From Myxococcota bacterium (GTDB lineage: Bacteria > Myxococcota_A > UBA9160 > UBA6930): 64,000 bases of DNA. Location of the stretch: the NCBI GenBank assembly GCA_965223705.1, contig OZ245015.1, positions 800,001-864,000 on the forward strand, written 5' to 3'. The notes beneath the pieces were generated by a model. The model was not told the origin of the DNA and searched no databases. It worked only from the letters and a program-made list of their open reading frames with translations. Every line of letters starts with the position of its first letter. The first letter of the stretch is position 1. The position numbers and the translations under genes were made by a program. This document shows positions 49,609-59,183 of the stretch, piece by piece.

Positions 49609-52440
49609 TTGTCCAAGGCATTGGTCATCACAGAGAAGCCGAGCGTGGCGCGGGACATCGCGGCTGCGCTCGGGGGCATGCGCGAAGAAGAGGGCTACTT
49701 CGAAGGTGACGACACCGTCGTGACCTTCGCGGTCGGGCACCTCTTCGAGCTTCTCGAGCCCCAGGAAGTCGACGAGCGGTTCAAGGCGTGGACGCTCGAC
49801 GTTCTCCCCATTCTCCCGGAGCGTTTCCAGGTCAAGAAGAAGAAGGGGCAAAGCGAGCGGATTCGCGTCATCAAGAAGCTGCTCGAGCGGGACGACGTCG
49901 ATCGGGTAATCAACGCCTGCGACGCCGGGAGAGAAGGCGAGCTCATCTTCCGCGAGATCGTCGAGTTCCTGGGCAACGAAAAGCCGACCTTCAGGCTCTG
50001 GCTCCAGTCGATGACGCGGGATTCGATCCGACGAGGCTTTACGGAGCTCCGACCCGGTGAGGAACTCACGGGGTTGGCCGACGCGGCGAAGTGTCGCGCT
50101 CATGCCGACTGGCTCATTGGGATGAATGCGACGAGGGCGCTGACGAAGCGCCTGAAGAGCCGGAAGGAGCGCACGGCCTGGTCGGCCGGGCGCGTTCAGA
50201 CTCCCACGCTCGCGCTCCTCGTCGAGCGAGAGCGCGAAGTGCTGGCTCACGTTCCGGTGCCGTTCCATCGCATCACCGCCGAATTCACCCATGATGACCA
50301 CCCTTACATGGGCACCTACTTCGATCCGGCGTTCAAAGCGAACGACGATGACAGTCGCCGCGACGATCGAATTTTCGACGAGGCGGAAGCACGCGCCATC
50401 GTCGACGCGGTGCGCGGGAGCGACGCCGTCGCCGAGGAAACCCGAAAACCCTCGCGTGAAGCGGCGCCACCTCTGTTCGATCTCACGAGTCTTCAGCGCG
50501 AGGGCAACCGGCGTTTCGGTTGGTCGGCGCGACGCGTTCTCGGCGCGGCCCAACGCTGCTATGAGGCCCACAAGCTGCTGACCTATCCGAGGACGGATTC
50601 CCGCTGTCTGCCGAACGACTACAGACAGACCGTCGACGAGCTTCTGCAAACCTTCGCCGGGTTCGGCGACGAACACGCGGACTATGCGGCCGGGGCGAAG
50701 CGGCTCCTCGAACAAGGGCTCGAGAACGACCAGCGCGTCTTCAACGACGCCGGCGTCTCCGATCACTTCGCCATCATTCCGACCGGAAACCCGCCCCCGG
50801 ATTCGCTTTCGGGCGACGACCGCCGCTTGTTCGACCTCGTAACGAGGCGTTTTCTCGCGACGTTTCACCCGCCGGCGCGCTGGGAACGGGTCGAGCGCGT
50901 GACACGCGCAGCCGGCCACGCGTTCCGGACGCGCGCGCGAGCGTTGAAGGAACCCGGGTGGCGCGCTTGCCTCGCGAAGTCAGAAGAAGACGAAGCGACG
51001 GTGCTCCCGCCGTTGCAGGTCGGTGCGGACAAGGCGGAGGATGTCTCCGTCACAAGTGGAGACGTCGAGCTCCACTCCGAGGAGACGCGACCGCCGGCCA
51101 GGCTTTCCGAAGCCCGCTTGCTCGGATTGATGGAAAACGCCGGTCGCACCGTCGAAGACGAAGAGATCGCCGAGGTAATGAAGAGCACGGGCCTCGGCAC
51201 GCCGGCCACCCGTGCGGAAATCATCGAAAATCTGATCACGAAAGGCTACGCGGTCCGCCAGGGGAAGTCGCTCCGGCCCTCGGTCAAGGGTATCCGGCTG
51301 ATCGACACCCTGGAACGCATTCAAATCGATCGGCTGGCCTCGGCTCGCCTCACGGGCGAGATCGAATCGCATCTTCGCGACGTCGAGAGAGGCGAGCGCG
51401 GGGCGGGCGATTTCATGCAGGAGATGGCCGACTACGCGTGCGCCATCGTCGACCGCGCGAAGACCTTCGAGTACGACGAGCTCTACGGTCACGAAGAGCC
51501 GATCGGTATCTGCCCGCACGGGGGCAAGCCCGTCGTCGAAGGCGCCTGGTTCTACAGCTGCGAGAAAGATCCGTCGCTCGCCCGCGAAGACAAAGCGAAT
51601 CCCGATTGCCCGCTGGATTCGTGCCCGATGCTCCTCTGGAAGGATTCCTTCGGGCGCTACCTCGATCGGGGTTCGGCGGCGGCGATCTTGCGCGACGGCA
51701 AGACCGGAGTGCTCGACGGGTTCACCGCGAGAAACGGTCGCACGTACAAAGGCGTCCTCGAGTTCGATGTCGACGAGGGAAAGCTCACGGTGACTTCCGA
51801 GGGCTGGAACGAGGATTCGGTCAGTGAAGTCGCCGAGTACGAAGTCAATTCCGAGCCGCTCGGCGCGTGTCCCATCGGTAAGGACTGCACGGTCTTCGAG
51901 ACGCCGACGCACTTCGTGTGCACCGAAAAGAAGCGCGAGGAAGACGAAAAAGCGGCCTACAAGGAAGCGCGTAAGCTCGCGAAAGAACGCGGTGAAAAAG
52001 CGCCGCCGAAACCCGAGAAGCCCGACCACGCAGGCTTTATCCTGCCCCGCACGGTGTGCAAGCGCGAGATCACACGAGATGAGGCCACGGTGTATCTCGA
52101 GACGGGTAAGACGGAATTGCTCGAGGACTTCACTTCACGGCTCGGGCGACCGTTCTCCGCGACGCTCTTCCTGAAAGACACGGGCCGACACGGTTTCGAG
52201 TTTCCGCCGCGGAAGGCGCGTGGCGCCACGGCGGACGCAGACCAAGCCGACACCACGAAGGCACGCGGTAAAAAGGCGACCGGAAAGAAAGCGACCGGTA
52301 AGAAGACCACGCGCAAGAAGACGACGCGCAAGAAGACCACACGAAAAAAGGCCGCTGCCAAGACCGCCACGCGCAAGAAGACCACGCGTAAGAAGGCCGC
52401 TGCCAAGAAAACCGCGTCGACCGACGACGACGCCGAATAG
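49609..52440 (+). CDS. topB: Type IA DNA topoisomerase (TopB-like) with C-terminal repeats and Lys-rich tail
   Basis: ITEKPSVA, DAGREGE, GRVQTPT, LTYPRTDS catalytic Tyr, GLGTPATR. Confidence 0.88.
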   Translation: MSKALVITEKPSVARDIAAALGGMREEEGYFEGDDTVVTFAVGHLFELLEPQEVDERFKAWTLDVLPILPERFQVKKKKGQSERIRVIKKLLERDDVDRVINACDAGREGELIFREIVEFLGNEKPTFRLWLQSMTRDSIRRGFTELRPGEELTGLADAAKCRAHADWLIGMNATRALTKRLKSRKERTAWSAGRVQTPTLALLVEREREVLAHVPVPFHRITAEFTHDDHPYMGTYFDPAFKANDDDSRRDDRIFDEAEARAIVDAVRGSDAVAEETRKPSREAAPPLFDLTSLQREGNRRFGWSARRVLGAAQRCYEAHKLLTYPRTDSRCLPNDYRQTVDELLQTFAGFGDEHADYAAGAKRLLEQGLENDQRVFNDAGVSDHFAIIPTGNPPPDSLSGDDRRLFDLVTRRFLATFHPPARWERVERVTRAAGHAFRTRARALKEPGWRACLAKSEEDEATVLPPLQVGADKAEDVSVTSGDVELHSEETRPPARLSEARLLGLMENAGRTVEDEEIAEVMKSTGLGTPATRAEIIENLITKGYAVRQGKSLRPSVKGIRLIDTLERIQIDRLASARLTGEIESHLRDVERGERGAGDFMQEMADYACAIVDRAKTFEYDELYGHEEPIGICPHGGKPVVEGAWFYSCEKDPSLAREDKANPDCPLDSCPMLLWKDSFGRYLDRGSAAAILRDGKTGVLDGFTARNGRTYKGVLEFDVDEGKLTVTSEGWNEDSVSEVAEYEVNSEPLGACPIGKDCTVFETPTHFVCTEKKREEDEKAAYKEARKLAKERGEKAPPKPEKPDHAGFILPRTVCKREITRDEATVYLETGKTELLEDFTSRLGRPFSATLFLKDTGRHGFEFPPRKARGATADADQADTTKARGKKATGKKATGKKTTRKKTTRKKTTRKKAAAKTATRKKTTRKKAAAKKTASTDDDAE
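52270..52412 (+). repeat. Degenerate 15-bp coding tandem repeat (KKTTR/KKATG/KKAAA)
   Basis: Units such as AAGAAGACCACGCGC repeated in the topoisomerase tail. Confidence 0.85.
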
Positions 52441-52500
52441 TCCACACGTAAAGCAGCAGCACGCCCCGAGCTTCCCTACCCTTGGTCGAGAAGGGAGGCT

Positions 52501-53463
52501 ATGAGGCGTCGTTCCATCGGCTACCCGCTCGCGTTGGGCATCACGCTCGCGGTGGTGGCGGGAGCGCTTGCGGTCGGATGGCAACTGCTCGTTGTCGGCG
52601 AGCTCGAACCGGTGACGCGTGGCCTGACGCCACTCCACTGGACCCTGGTCATCCTCGGTTCGGTGTTCTTCGTCTTGCTGATCGTCGGCCTGCTTCTCCT
52701 CTGCGCCTGGCTCGTGCGAGAAATGCGCGTGAATCAGCGCCAAGAAGCGTTTCTCGACGCGGTGACCCACGAGATGAAAACGCCGCTGGCCTCTTTGCGT
52801 CTGTACCTCGACACCTTAGAGCGTCGCGATCCCTCGCCCGAACGCCGTCGCGTTTTCGTCGAGCGAATGGGCCAGGATATCGAGAGGCTCGAACGCACGG
52901 TCCAGCAAGTGCTCGTCGTCGCGCGCGCGGAGGGCGCCCAGAAAGCTCGTTTCGAGTCCGTCGATCTTGCCGCGGTCATTGGGGAGTGCATCGACGAGCT
53001 CGAACAGCGCCATGAATCAGCGGAGCATTCCGTTGCGCTTCGTGTCGACGGCCCGGGTTTCGTGTGGGGGAGCCGGGAAGAGTTGGTGGTCATCTTTCGA
53101 AATCTGCTGGCGAACGCCATCAAGTATTCGTCTCCAGGTTCTCGGACCGAGGTTTCGGTCGAGCCACGCGGTGAGGATCGCGTGCGCGTCGCTATCGCGG
53201 ACCGCGGAATCGGAATCGACCGCACAGAGCTACGCAAGATCTTCCGTCGGTTCTATCGCGCGGGTCGCGACGTTCAACAAGCGGCGGGTTTGGGGCTGGG
53301 TCTTTTCATCGTGCGCCAACTCGTGAAACGCCAGGGTGGACGCGTCGACGCGGAGAGTGAGGGGCGGGGGCAGGGAAGTTTGTTCTCGGTCACGCTTCGA
53401 ACGGCTCCAAGGGGAGGACATCAGCCAGCGCCGCGTGTACGTGCAGAAGAGGGTGTCGCGTAG
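52501..53463 (+). CDS. Membrane sensor histidine kinase
   Basis: Two TM helices, THEMKTPL H-box, NLLANAIKY, DRGIG, GLGLGL. Confidence 0.93.
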   Translation: MRRRSIGYPLALGITLAVVAGALAVGWQLLVVGELEPVTRGLTPLHWTLVILGSVFFVLLIVGLLLLCAWLVREMRVNQRQEAFLDAVTHEMKTPLASLRLYLDTLERRDPSPERRRVFVERMGQDIERLERTVQQVLVVARAEGAQKARFESVDLAAVIGECIDELEQRHESAEHSVALRVDGPGFVWGSREELVVIFRNLLANAIKYSSPGSRTEVSVEPRGEDRVRVAIADRGIGIDRTELRKIFRRFYRAGRDVQQAAGLGLGLFIVRQLVKRQGGRVDAESEGRGQGSLFSVTLRTAPRGGHQPAPRVRAEEGVA

Positions 53464-54161
53464 TGTCTCGAATTCTTGTCGTCGAAGACGAGCTGCATAT
53501 CGCCGAGGGAATTCTCTTCAACCTCGAAGAGGAAGGGCACGAAGTTACGCACGTTACCGACGGCGATCAAGCCGTCGCCGCAGCCGTCACTTCGGCGTTC
53601 GACCTGGTCCTTCTCGACATCATGCTCCCCGGCATGTCGGGCTTCGAGGTGGCGCGCAAGCTCCGAGCTTCCGGCAACTACGTGCCGATTCTCATTCTCA
53701 CAGCGAAAGACGAAGCCAGCGATCTCGTTCGGGGAATCGAAGAAGGCGCGGACGATTACCTGACGAAGCCCTTCACCCTGGACGAGCTGCTCGCTCGCGT
53801 TCGCGCGTTGCTGCGTCGCCGACGTTGGGATCGCGTGCCGGACGAGCTCGAGGTCTCCGGTCCCGAGCGTTTCGGGCGAGTCGCTGTGCACTTCGATCGA
53901 TTCGAGCTCGAGACGCCGAACGATCGCATCCGATTGACCACTCGGGAAGCCGGATTGCTGCGCGCCCTCATCGATCGCGAAGGCGAAGTCGTACGGCGAG
54001 GAGAGCTCCTCGAAGGAGTGTGGGGACTGCGACCCGACACGAAGACCCGCGTCGTCGACACATTCGTGCACAGGCTCCGGCGCTATGTCGAAGAAGATCC
54101 ATCCCACCCGAAACACATTTTGTCGGTCCGTGGCCACGGTTACCGATTCGTGAGATCCTGA
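53463..54161 (+). CDS. OmpR-family response regulator
   Basis: ILVVEDE, LLDIMLP, GADDYLTKPF, VRGHGYRF. Confidence 0.94.
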   Translation: MSRILVVEDELHIAEGILFNLEEEGHEVTHVTDGDQAVAAAVTSAFDLVLLDIMLPGMSGFEVARKLRASGNYVPILILTAKDEASDLVRGIEEGADDYLTKPFTLDELLARVRALLRRRRWDRVPDELEVSGPERFGRVAVHFDRFELETPNDRIRLTTREAGLLRALIDREGEVVRRGELLEGVWGLRPDTKTRVVDTFVHRLRRYVEEDPSHPKHILSVRGHGYRFVRS

Positions 54162-54165
54162 CGCC

Positions 54166-54942
54166 ATGTCCTCACTCCGGCTGGAAGTCACTCCCACGCT
54201 TTCCGACCCGGCGGCTGTACTCGCATTCTCCGGGTGGAATGACGCCGGCGATGCTGCGAGTTCCGCGCTTCGCTACCTGCAGGACTCAACGCAGAGCGTG
54301 ACGCTCGGGACCATCGACCCCGAAGTGTTCTTCGACTTTACGGTTCGCCGCCCCGAGGTGCGCTACGGGGAGGGGAAGGTGCGGGAAATCGAGTGGCCCG
54401 AGTTCCGCCTTCAATACGGCAACGCCGGCGTGTCGCGCGATCTCGTGACGGGGATCGGCCCGGAACCTCATCTGCGATGGCGCGAGTACTGCGATCAGTT
54501 CATCGATTTGCTTCACGAACTCGGCGTGCGCAGGGTCGCCTTGCTCGGTGCCTATTTGGCCGACGTCCTCTACTCCCTCCCGGTTCAGGTCACCGGTTTC
54601 GCCACCGATGACGAACTCATGCGAACCCTCGGGCTACAGGCATCGAGCTACGAAGGGCCGACCGGAATCGTCGGTGTCCTGTCTACGCGGTTGCGCGACG
54701 AAGGGTTTGAGGTGGCGAGTCTTTGGGCGGGCCTGCCGCACTACATCAACGCCGCTCCCAATCCGCGGGGTGCGCTGGCACTCATCCAGAAGTTGACGCG
54801 ATTCTTGAGTCTGAAGATCGACGAAGCGCCCCTCGCGAAGGCCGCCGCCGAGTACGAAGAGCGGGTCTCCGCGTTGGTCGCAAGCGATCCGGCGCTATCC
54901 GAGTACGTGAAAGAGCTGAAACGGCGCGAATTCGCGCAGTAG
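54166..54942 (+). CDS. PAC2 (proteasome assembly chaperone-like) family protein
   Basis: AFSGWNDAGDAAS, FFDFTVRRP, GPEPHLRW, YEGPTGIVG, PHY..AAPNP. Confidence 0.85.
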   Translation: MSSLRLEVTPTLSDPAAVLAFSGWNDAGDAASSALRYLQDSTQSVTLGTIDPEVFFDFTVRRPEVRYGEGKVREIEWPEFRLQYGNAGVSRDLVTGIGPEPHLRWREYCDQFIDLLHELGVRRVALLGAYLADVLYSLPVQVTGFATDDELMRTLGLQASSYEGPTGIVGVLSTRLRDEGFEVASLWAGLPHYINAAPNPRGALALIQKLTRFLSLKIDEAPLAKAAAEYEERVSALVASDPALSEYVKELKRREFAQ

Positions 54943-54953
54943 CGGGAAGCTCC

Positions 54954-55202
54954 TCAGAGCTCGATCGATTCTTCGATCAACATGACGGGGACGCCCTCGT
55001 CGACGACGTAGAGCACCTTGCCGTCGTCGCGGACGAGTCCTTCTTGAATCGCGGAGCCCAGTTTCTCGCCTCCCCGGTACTGAGCCGTACCCGCGCGAAC
55101 GCGTTCGTTCACGCTTTCGATTTCGCCGGCGGTCGCGGCGCGCAGGCCCTGGCGACTCTCCGGGCAGACAAGAATTTCGAGTAACTCGACATCGACGCTC
55201 AT
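54954..55202 (-). CDS. Trm112-like protein
   Basis: LLEILVCPESRQGL...LYVVDEGVPVML. Confidence 0.85.
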   Translation of the reverse strand: MSVDVELLEILVCPESRQGLRAATAGEIESVNERVRAGTAQYRGGEKLGSAIQEGLVRDDGKVLYVVDEGVPVMLIEESIEL

Positions 55203-55215
55203 CGGGGGTCCCTTC

Positions 55216-56436
55216 TCAACGGAGCATGCTCGAAGAATAATCGAGAATGCGCCGAGCAACGATGAGTTGATTGATCTGCTGCGTGCCTTCGTAGATGTCG
55301 TTGATCTTGGCGTCTCGCATCCACTTCTCGACCAGGAGCTTCTTGGAGTAACCGACGGGGCCGAGAAGCTCCACGGCTTTCTGCGTCACCGTGGTCACCG
55401 CGGCCCCGGCTTTCGCCTTGGCCATCGACGCTTCCAAGTTGTTTGGTTGCCCGCGGTTCATCATGCTCGCGGCTCGCCACGTGAGAAGACGCGCGGCTTG
55501 GAGTTGCGCTTCCATTTCCATGAAATCGCGCTCGACCGCCGTGAGTTCGTGAGGCGGCGCGTCGTACCGCGGCGAAATCCCGCGTTTGCCGAGCTCTTCG
55601 GCGACGACTTCGAGCGCCGCACGCCCGATGCCCACCGCCATCGCAGCCACGATGGGTCGGCTCGCGTCGAACGTCGCCATGGCCCCTTTGAAACCCTTGT
55701 CTCCCGAGCCCGACTTCCGCTGTTTCACTTCGGCGGATCCCAGCAGATGCGTTCCCGGAACGCGACAATCTTCGAGAAAGATGGTCGCGGTATCCGAAGC
55801 GCGAATGCCGAGTTTGTCTTCAACACCCGCCACGCGCATACCGGGCGTACCCGCCGGTACGACGAACGACTTGATGCCCGCGCGGCCCGCGCTTCGATCG
55901 ACCGTGGCCCAGACGACGATGAAACCGCCCTCTTGCCCAGCCGCACCTTCGCCGGCGGTACAGAAGATCTTGGTTCCATTCAAGATCCAATCGTCGCCGT
56001 CCCGGACGGCCGTCGTCTCGATCGCCGCTGCATCGGAACCGGCCGAGGGCTCGGTGATCGCCATGGCGCCCCAAATCGGCGGACCGTCGCCGCGGAATGG
56101 GGATAGGAACTGCCGTTTTTGTTCCTTCGTGCCCGCCGCCATGACGGCAGATCCGCCCAGGCCCGGAGTCGGCATCCGGAGATACAGCCCGGCGTCGCCC
56201 CAGCAGAGCTCTTCGGCTTGGACACACACCTGAACGAAACCGTCGTTCTCTCCCTCGAAGTCGCCCGCAAAACCGCTCCGGCCTTCCCGCCAATACCACT
56301 CCACCCATTCGGTCGGGAGCTCGTGCTCGAGATCGTCGTACTTGCGGGAGATGGGACGCATCTGTTCTGCGGCGACGCGCCGGAAGTGGTTCCGCGCGGC
56401 GATAGTGTTCGGCGACAGCTCAAACGAGATGGTCAT
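55216..56436 (-). CDS. Acyl-CoA dehydrogenase (FadE23-like)
   Basis: MRPISRKYD, ITEPSAGSD, KLGIRASDT, DAKINDIYEGTQQI. Confidence 0.9.
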   Translation of the reverse strand: MTISFELSPNTIAARNHFRRVAAEQMRPISRKYDDLEHELPTEWVEWYWREGRSGFAGDFEGENDGFVQVCVQAEELCWGDAGLYLRMPTPGLGGSAVMAAGTKEQKRQFLSPFRGDGPPIWGAMAITEPSAGSDAAAIETTAVRDGDDWILNGTKIFCTAGEGAAGQEGGFIVVWATVDRSAGRAGIKSFVVPAGTPGMRVAGVEDKLGIRASDTATIFLEDCRVPGTHLLGSAEVKQRKSGSGDKGFKGAMATFDASRPIVAAMAVGIGRAALEVVAEELGKRGISPRYDAPPHELTAVERDFMEMEAQLQAARLLTWRAASMMNRGQPNNLEASMAKAKAGAAVTTVTQKAVELLGPVGYSKKLLVEKWMRDAKINDIYEGTQQINQLIVARRILDYSSSMLR

Positions 56437-57521
56437 TACAGCAGAGCCAGCCCTTCGAAGGTGGTGAGCCCGCGCGCGTTGCGTAGGTGCATTTCGGGCA
56501 GGTACTCGCGGGTATACCCGTGTCCGCCAAAAACTTGTACAGCGCCGTCCGCGACTTCGAGCGCGACGCGGCACACCTGTTGGTACGCGAGTGTCGCCTC
56601 TCGGAGCGCGCTCTCGGATTGATCGAGACGCCACGCGGCTTCCCAGACCAAGAGCCTCGCGCCGTCGATTTCAATCGCCATGTCTGCGAGCTTGAACGCG
56701 ATGGCCTGCTTTGTTGCGATCGGACCGCCGAAGGCCTCACGCTCTTTGGCGTATTCGCGGGCGATCTCGTACGCCGCACGAGCGACGCCGATGCCCATCG
56801 CCGCGATGGCGACACGACTTCGCGTGATGAGGTTCGCGAGATCGAAGCGGTCTTCGCCGATGCGCACGTCGCGCGACACTTCGACGCGCTCGAACTGGAG
56901 CTCCACCGTCGGAAGTGCCTGGAGCCCCAGGTGGCGTTCGGGCGTAGCGTTGAGTCCCGGTGCGTCTCGCGGAACGACGAAGGCCGTCGGGTTCCCCTCG
57001 AGTGCTGCGACGGCGATGAAGACTTCGCCGCCGTCCTGCCATGGGACAAAGCACTTCGTGCCTTCGAGGACGTAGGACGCGCCGAGCCGTCGGGCTTCTA
57101 GGGCCGGACGAAAGGGATCCGCACCGACCCGGGGTTCGACGAGCGCGAGGGAGCCCGGGCAAAACGGTTCCGCGGCGAATCGGGGTACGAACTTCCGCTG
57201 CAGCGCGGTGTTGCCGTGGTCGACCAACGGGAAAGCACATAGAGCCGGCGAGAGAATCCCGATTGCGATCGATAGATCGCCCCAGGCCAGCTCTTCCGCG
57301 ATCAGCGCGCCGAGCACCGCCGAGCGCTCGCCGCCGCCTCCGAATTCTTCGGGAATGGCGTTTGCGACAAGGCCCAGATCGTGCGCTTGCGCCAGCGCCG
57401 CCGCCGGCAATTTTCCCGCTTCGTCCGCGCTGCGAGCCAGCGGTCGGACCTCGTTTTCCGCGAACTGACGCACGGTCTCAATGATGAGCGCCTGCTCATC
57501 ACTCGGCTCGAAATCGATCAC
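56436..57521 (-). CDS. Acyl-CoA dehydrogenase (FadE24-like partner subunit)
   Basis: FEPSDEQALIIETVRQFA, EELAWGD, REAFGGPI, QVFGGHGY; short C-terminus; stop overlaps next start. Confidence 0.85.
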   Translation of the reverse strand: MIDFEPSDEQALIIETVRQFAENEVRPLARSADEAGKLPAAALAQAHDLGLVANAIPEEFGGGGERSAVLGALIAEELAWGDLSIAIGILSPALCAFPLVDHGNTALQRKFVPRFAAEPFCPGSLALVEPRVGADPFRPALEARRLGASYVLEGTKCFVPWQDGGEVFIAVAALEGNPTAFVVPRDAPGLNATPERHLGLQALPTVELQFERVEVSRDVRIGEDRFDLANLITRSRVAIAAMGIGVARAAYEIAREYAKEREAFGGPIATKQAIAFKLADMAIEIDGARLLVWEAAWRLDQSESALREATLAYQQVCRVALEVADGAVQVFGGHGYTREYLPEMHLRNARGLTTFEGLALL

Positions 57522-57529
57522 GGTAGTGC

Positions 57530-58762
57530 TTAGACCCGCTCGATAACCGAGGCGACCCCCATGCCGTTGCCGATGCACATGGTGATGAGCGCGGTTTGCT
57601 TGTCCTGGCGCTCGAGTTCGTCGAGCGCCGTTCCCATCAGCATCGCTCCGGTCGCTCCGAGAGGGTGGCCCAAAGCGATCGCACCGCCGTTGATGTTGAC
57701 CTTCTCGTGGTCCATCCCGAGGTCGCGCATGGTTTTGAGCGGCACCGCGGCGAAGGCCTCGTTGATCTCGATCACGTCGATGTCTCCGATCGTCATCCCA
57801 GCCTTTTCAAGGGCTTTGCGGGAAGCCGGCGTCGGCGCCGTCAACATGATCACCGGCTCATCACCGGCCGTTGCCATCGAAATGATTCGCGCGCGCGGCG
57901 TGAGCCCGTTCGCTTTCGCGAACTCCGGTGAAGCCACGAGGACGGCGCTCGCACCGTCCACGATGCCCGAAGAATTTCCGGCGGTGTGGACGTGCTCGAT
58001 CTTCGCGTCGGGATAACGCGAGTTGGCCTTCTGAACGAAGCTGAGCTCGTCGCCCTTCTGGACGTATCCCCCTACACCTTCGAAAGAAGGGGGTAGTTTG
58101 CCCAGGGTTTCGATGGTGGTCTCGCCCCGCGGATGTTCGTCGCGATCGAGCACCACCTTGCCGTCGGGGCCCGTTACCGGGATCAGGCTCTTGTCGAAGC
58201 GTCCTTCTTTCTGTGCGCGCGCCGCGCGCTGCTGACTCGCGAGTGCATAGCGGTCGACATCCTCTCGCGAAAAACCCTCTCGGGCCGCGATCAAGTCGGC
58301 GGAAATGCCTTGCGGGACGAGCGGATGCAGTTCGCGCAGATGACGGTTGTGCCCGTCGATGCCCGACTTGTCTGCACCCATGGGGTGTTTGGACATCGAT
58401 TCGACACCGCCTCCAATTACGAGATCTTGCTGTCCGGCCATGACACCCATTGCGGCGAAGTTCACCGCTTGTTGGCCCGAGCCGCAGAAGCGATTGATCG
58501 TGACGCCCGTCGCCGCTTCGGCGTCCCAACCGGCGGCCAAGACGGACATGCGGGCGACGCAACCGCCCTGTTCGCCGACCGCGGTGACGCAACCGGCGAC
58601 CACGTCCTCAACCTGCTTCGGATCGAATCCGTTGCGTTGCTGCAGGGCGTTCAGGCACCCGGCCAGCAGCTCCTGGGGATGAACGCCCGACAATCCGCCG
58701 GTCTCTTTCTTGCCGCGACCTCGCGGGGTGCGCACAGCGTCGATAATCCAGGCCTCGCCCAT
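57530..58762 (-). CDS. Acetyl-CoA C-acetyltransferase (thiolase)
   Basis: [37 protein letters not shown]. Confidence 0.93.
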   Translation of the reverse strand: MGEAWIIDAVRTPRGRGKKETGGLSGVHPQELLAGCLNALQQRNGFDPKQVEDVVAGCVTAVGEQGGCVARMSVLAAGWDAEAATGVTINRFCGSGQQAVNFAAMGVMAGQQDLVIGGGVESMSKHPMGADKSGIDGHNRHLRELHPLVPQGISADLIAAREGFSREDVDRYALASQQRAARAQKEGRFDKSLIPVTGPDGKVVLDRDEHPRGETTIETLGKLPPSFEGVGGYVQKGDELSFVQKANSRYPDAKIEHVHTAGNSSGIVDGASAVLVASPEFAKANGLTPRARIISMATAGDEPVIMLTAPTPASRKALEKAGMTIGDIDVIEINEAFAAVPLKTMRDLGMDHEKVNINGGAIALGHPLGATGAMLMGTALDELERQDKQTALITMCIGNGMGVASVIERV

Positions 58763-58937
58763 TTCCAGATTCTCCTCGATGAATTTTTCGGTCGGTTGCG
58801 ATGAGCCCGGCGATGGCGGCTCAGGGGGGTGGGCCGGGCCTCTCGTGAAGGTCGGCGTGGGCTGTCGCGCCACGCCGCGAATTTCAACCCCACATCTTAC
58901 CAGGTCCCGTTTTGGGCTGCATGACACGGAATCCCGC

Positions 58938-58966
58938 TTGACTCACGCTTTCGCACGTTCTAATCA
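58938..58966 (+). promoter_or_regulatory. Possible sigma70-type promoter for the act operon
   Basis: TTGACT followed 15-17 nt later by TCTAATCA; spacing and -10 match imperfect. Confidence 0.25.
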
Positions 58967-59183
58967 AAACCCGCGAACGCTCCGTTCGAGGGCTCGGGGA
59001 CACCTATGGTGTCGGCCTAGCTCCACGAAGAAGGCGCCGCGCGCCAGTCCCGCCCCGCGCTCCTGCGATGTCCGAAGTGTGCTGGGGACGGGTGCAGCGC
59101 GTTGCGCCGTCTTTTGCTGCCGAGGGGTTCTTAGCCCCGGGCAGCGCGAATGAGCGGGGACGAGGGAGGAGGAGCCCGATCCC

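Noticed and set aside
49396..50919. 507-aa minus-strand ORF abutting the phosphorylase start
   Set aside because: Antisense to the topoisomerase; no recognisable domain
52270..52412. Tandem repeats as a CRISPR array or non-coding VNTR
   Set aside because: In-frame 15-bp degenerate units encoding the Lys-rich tail; no spacers and no cas genes
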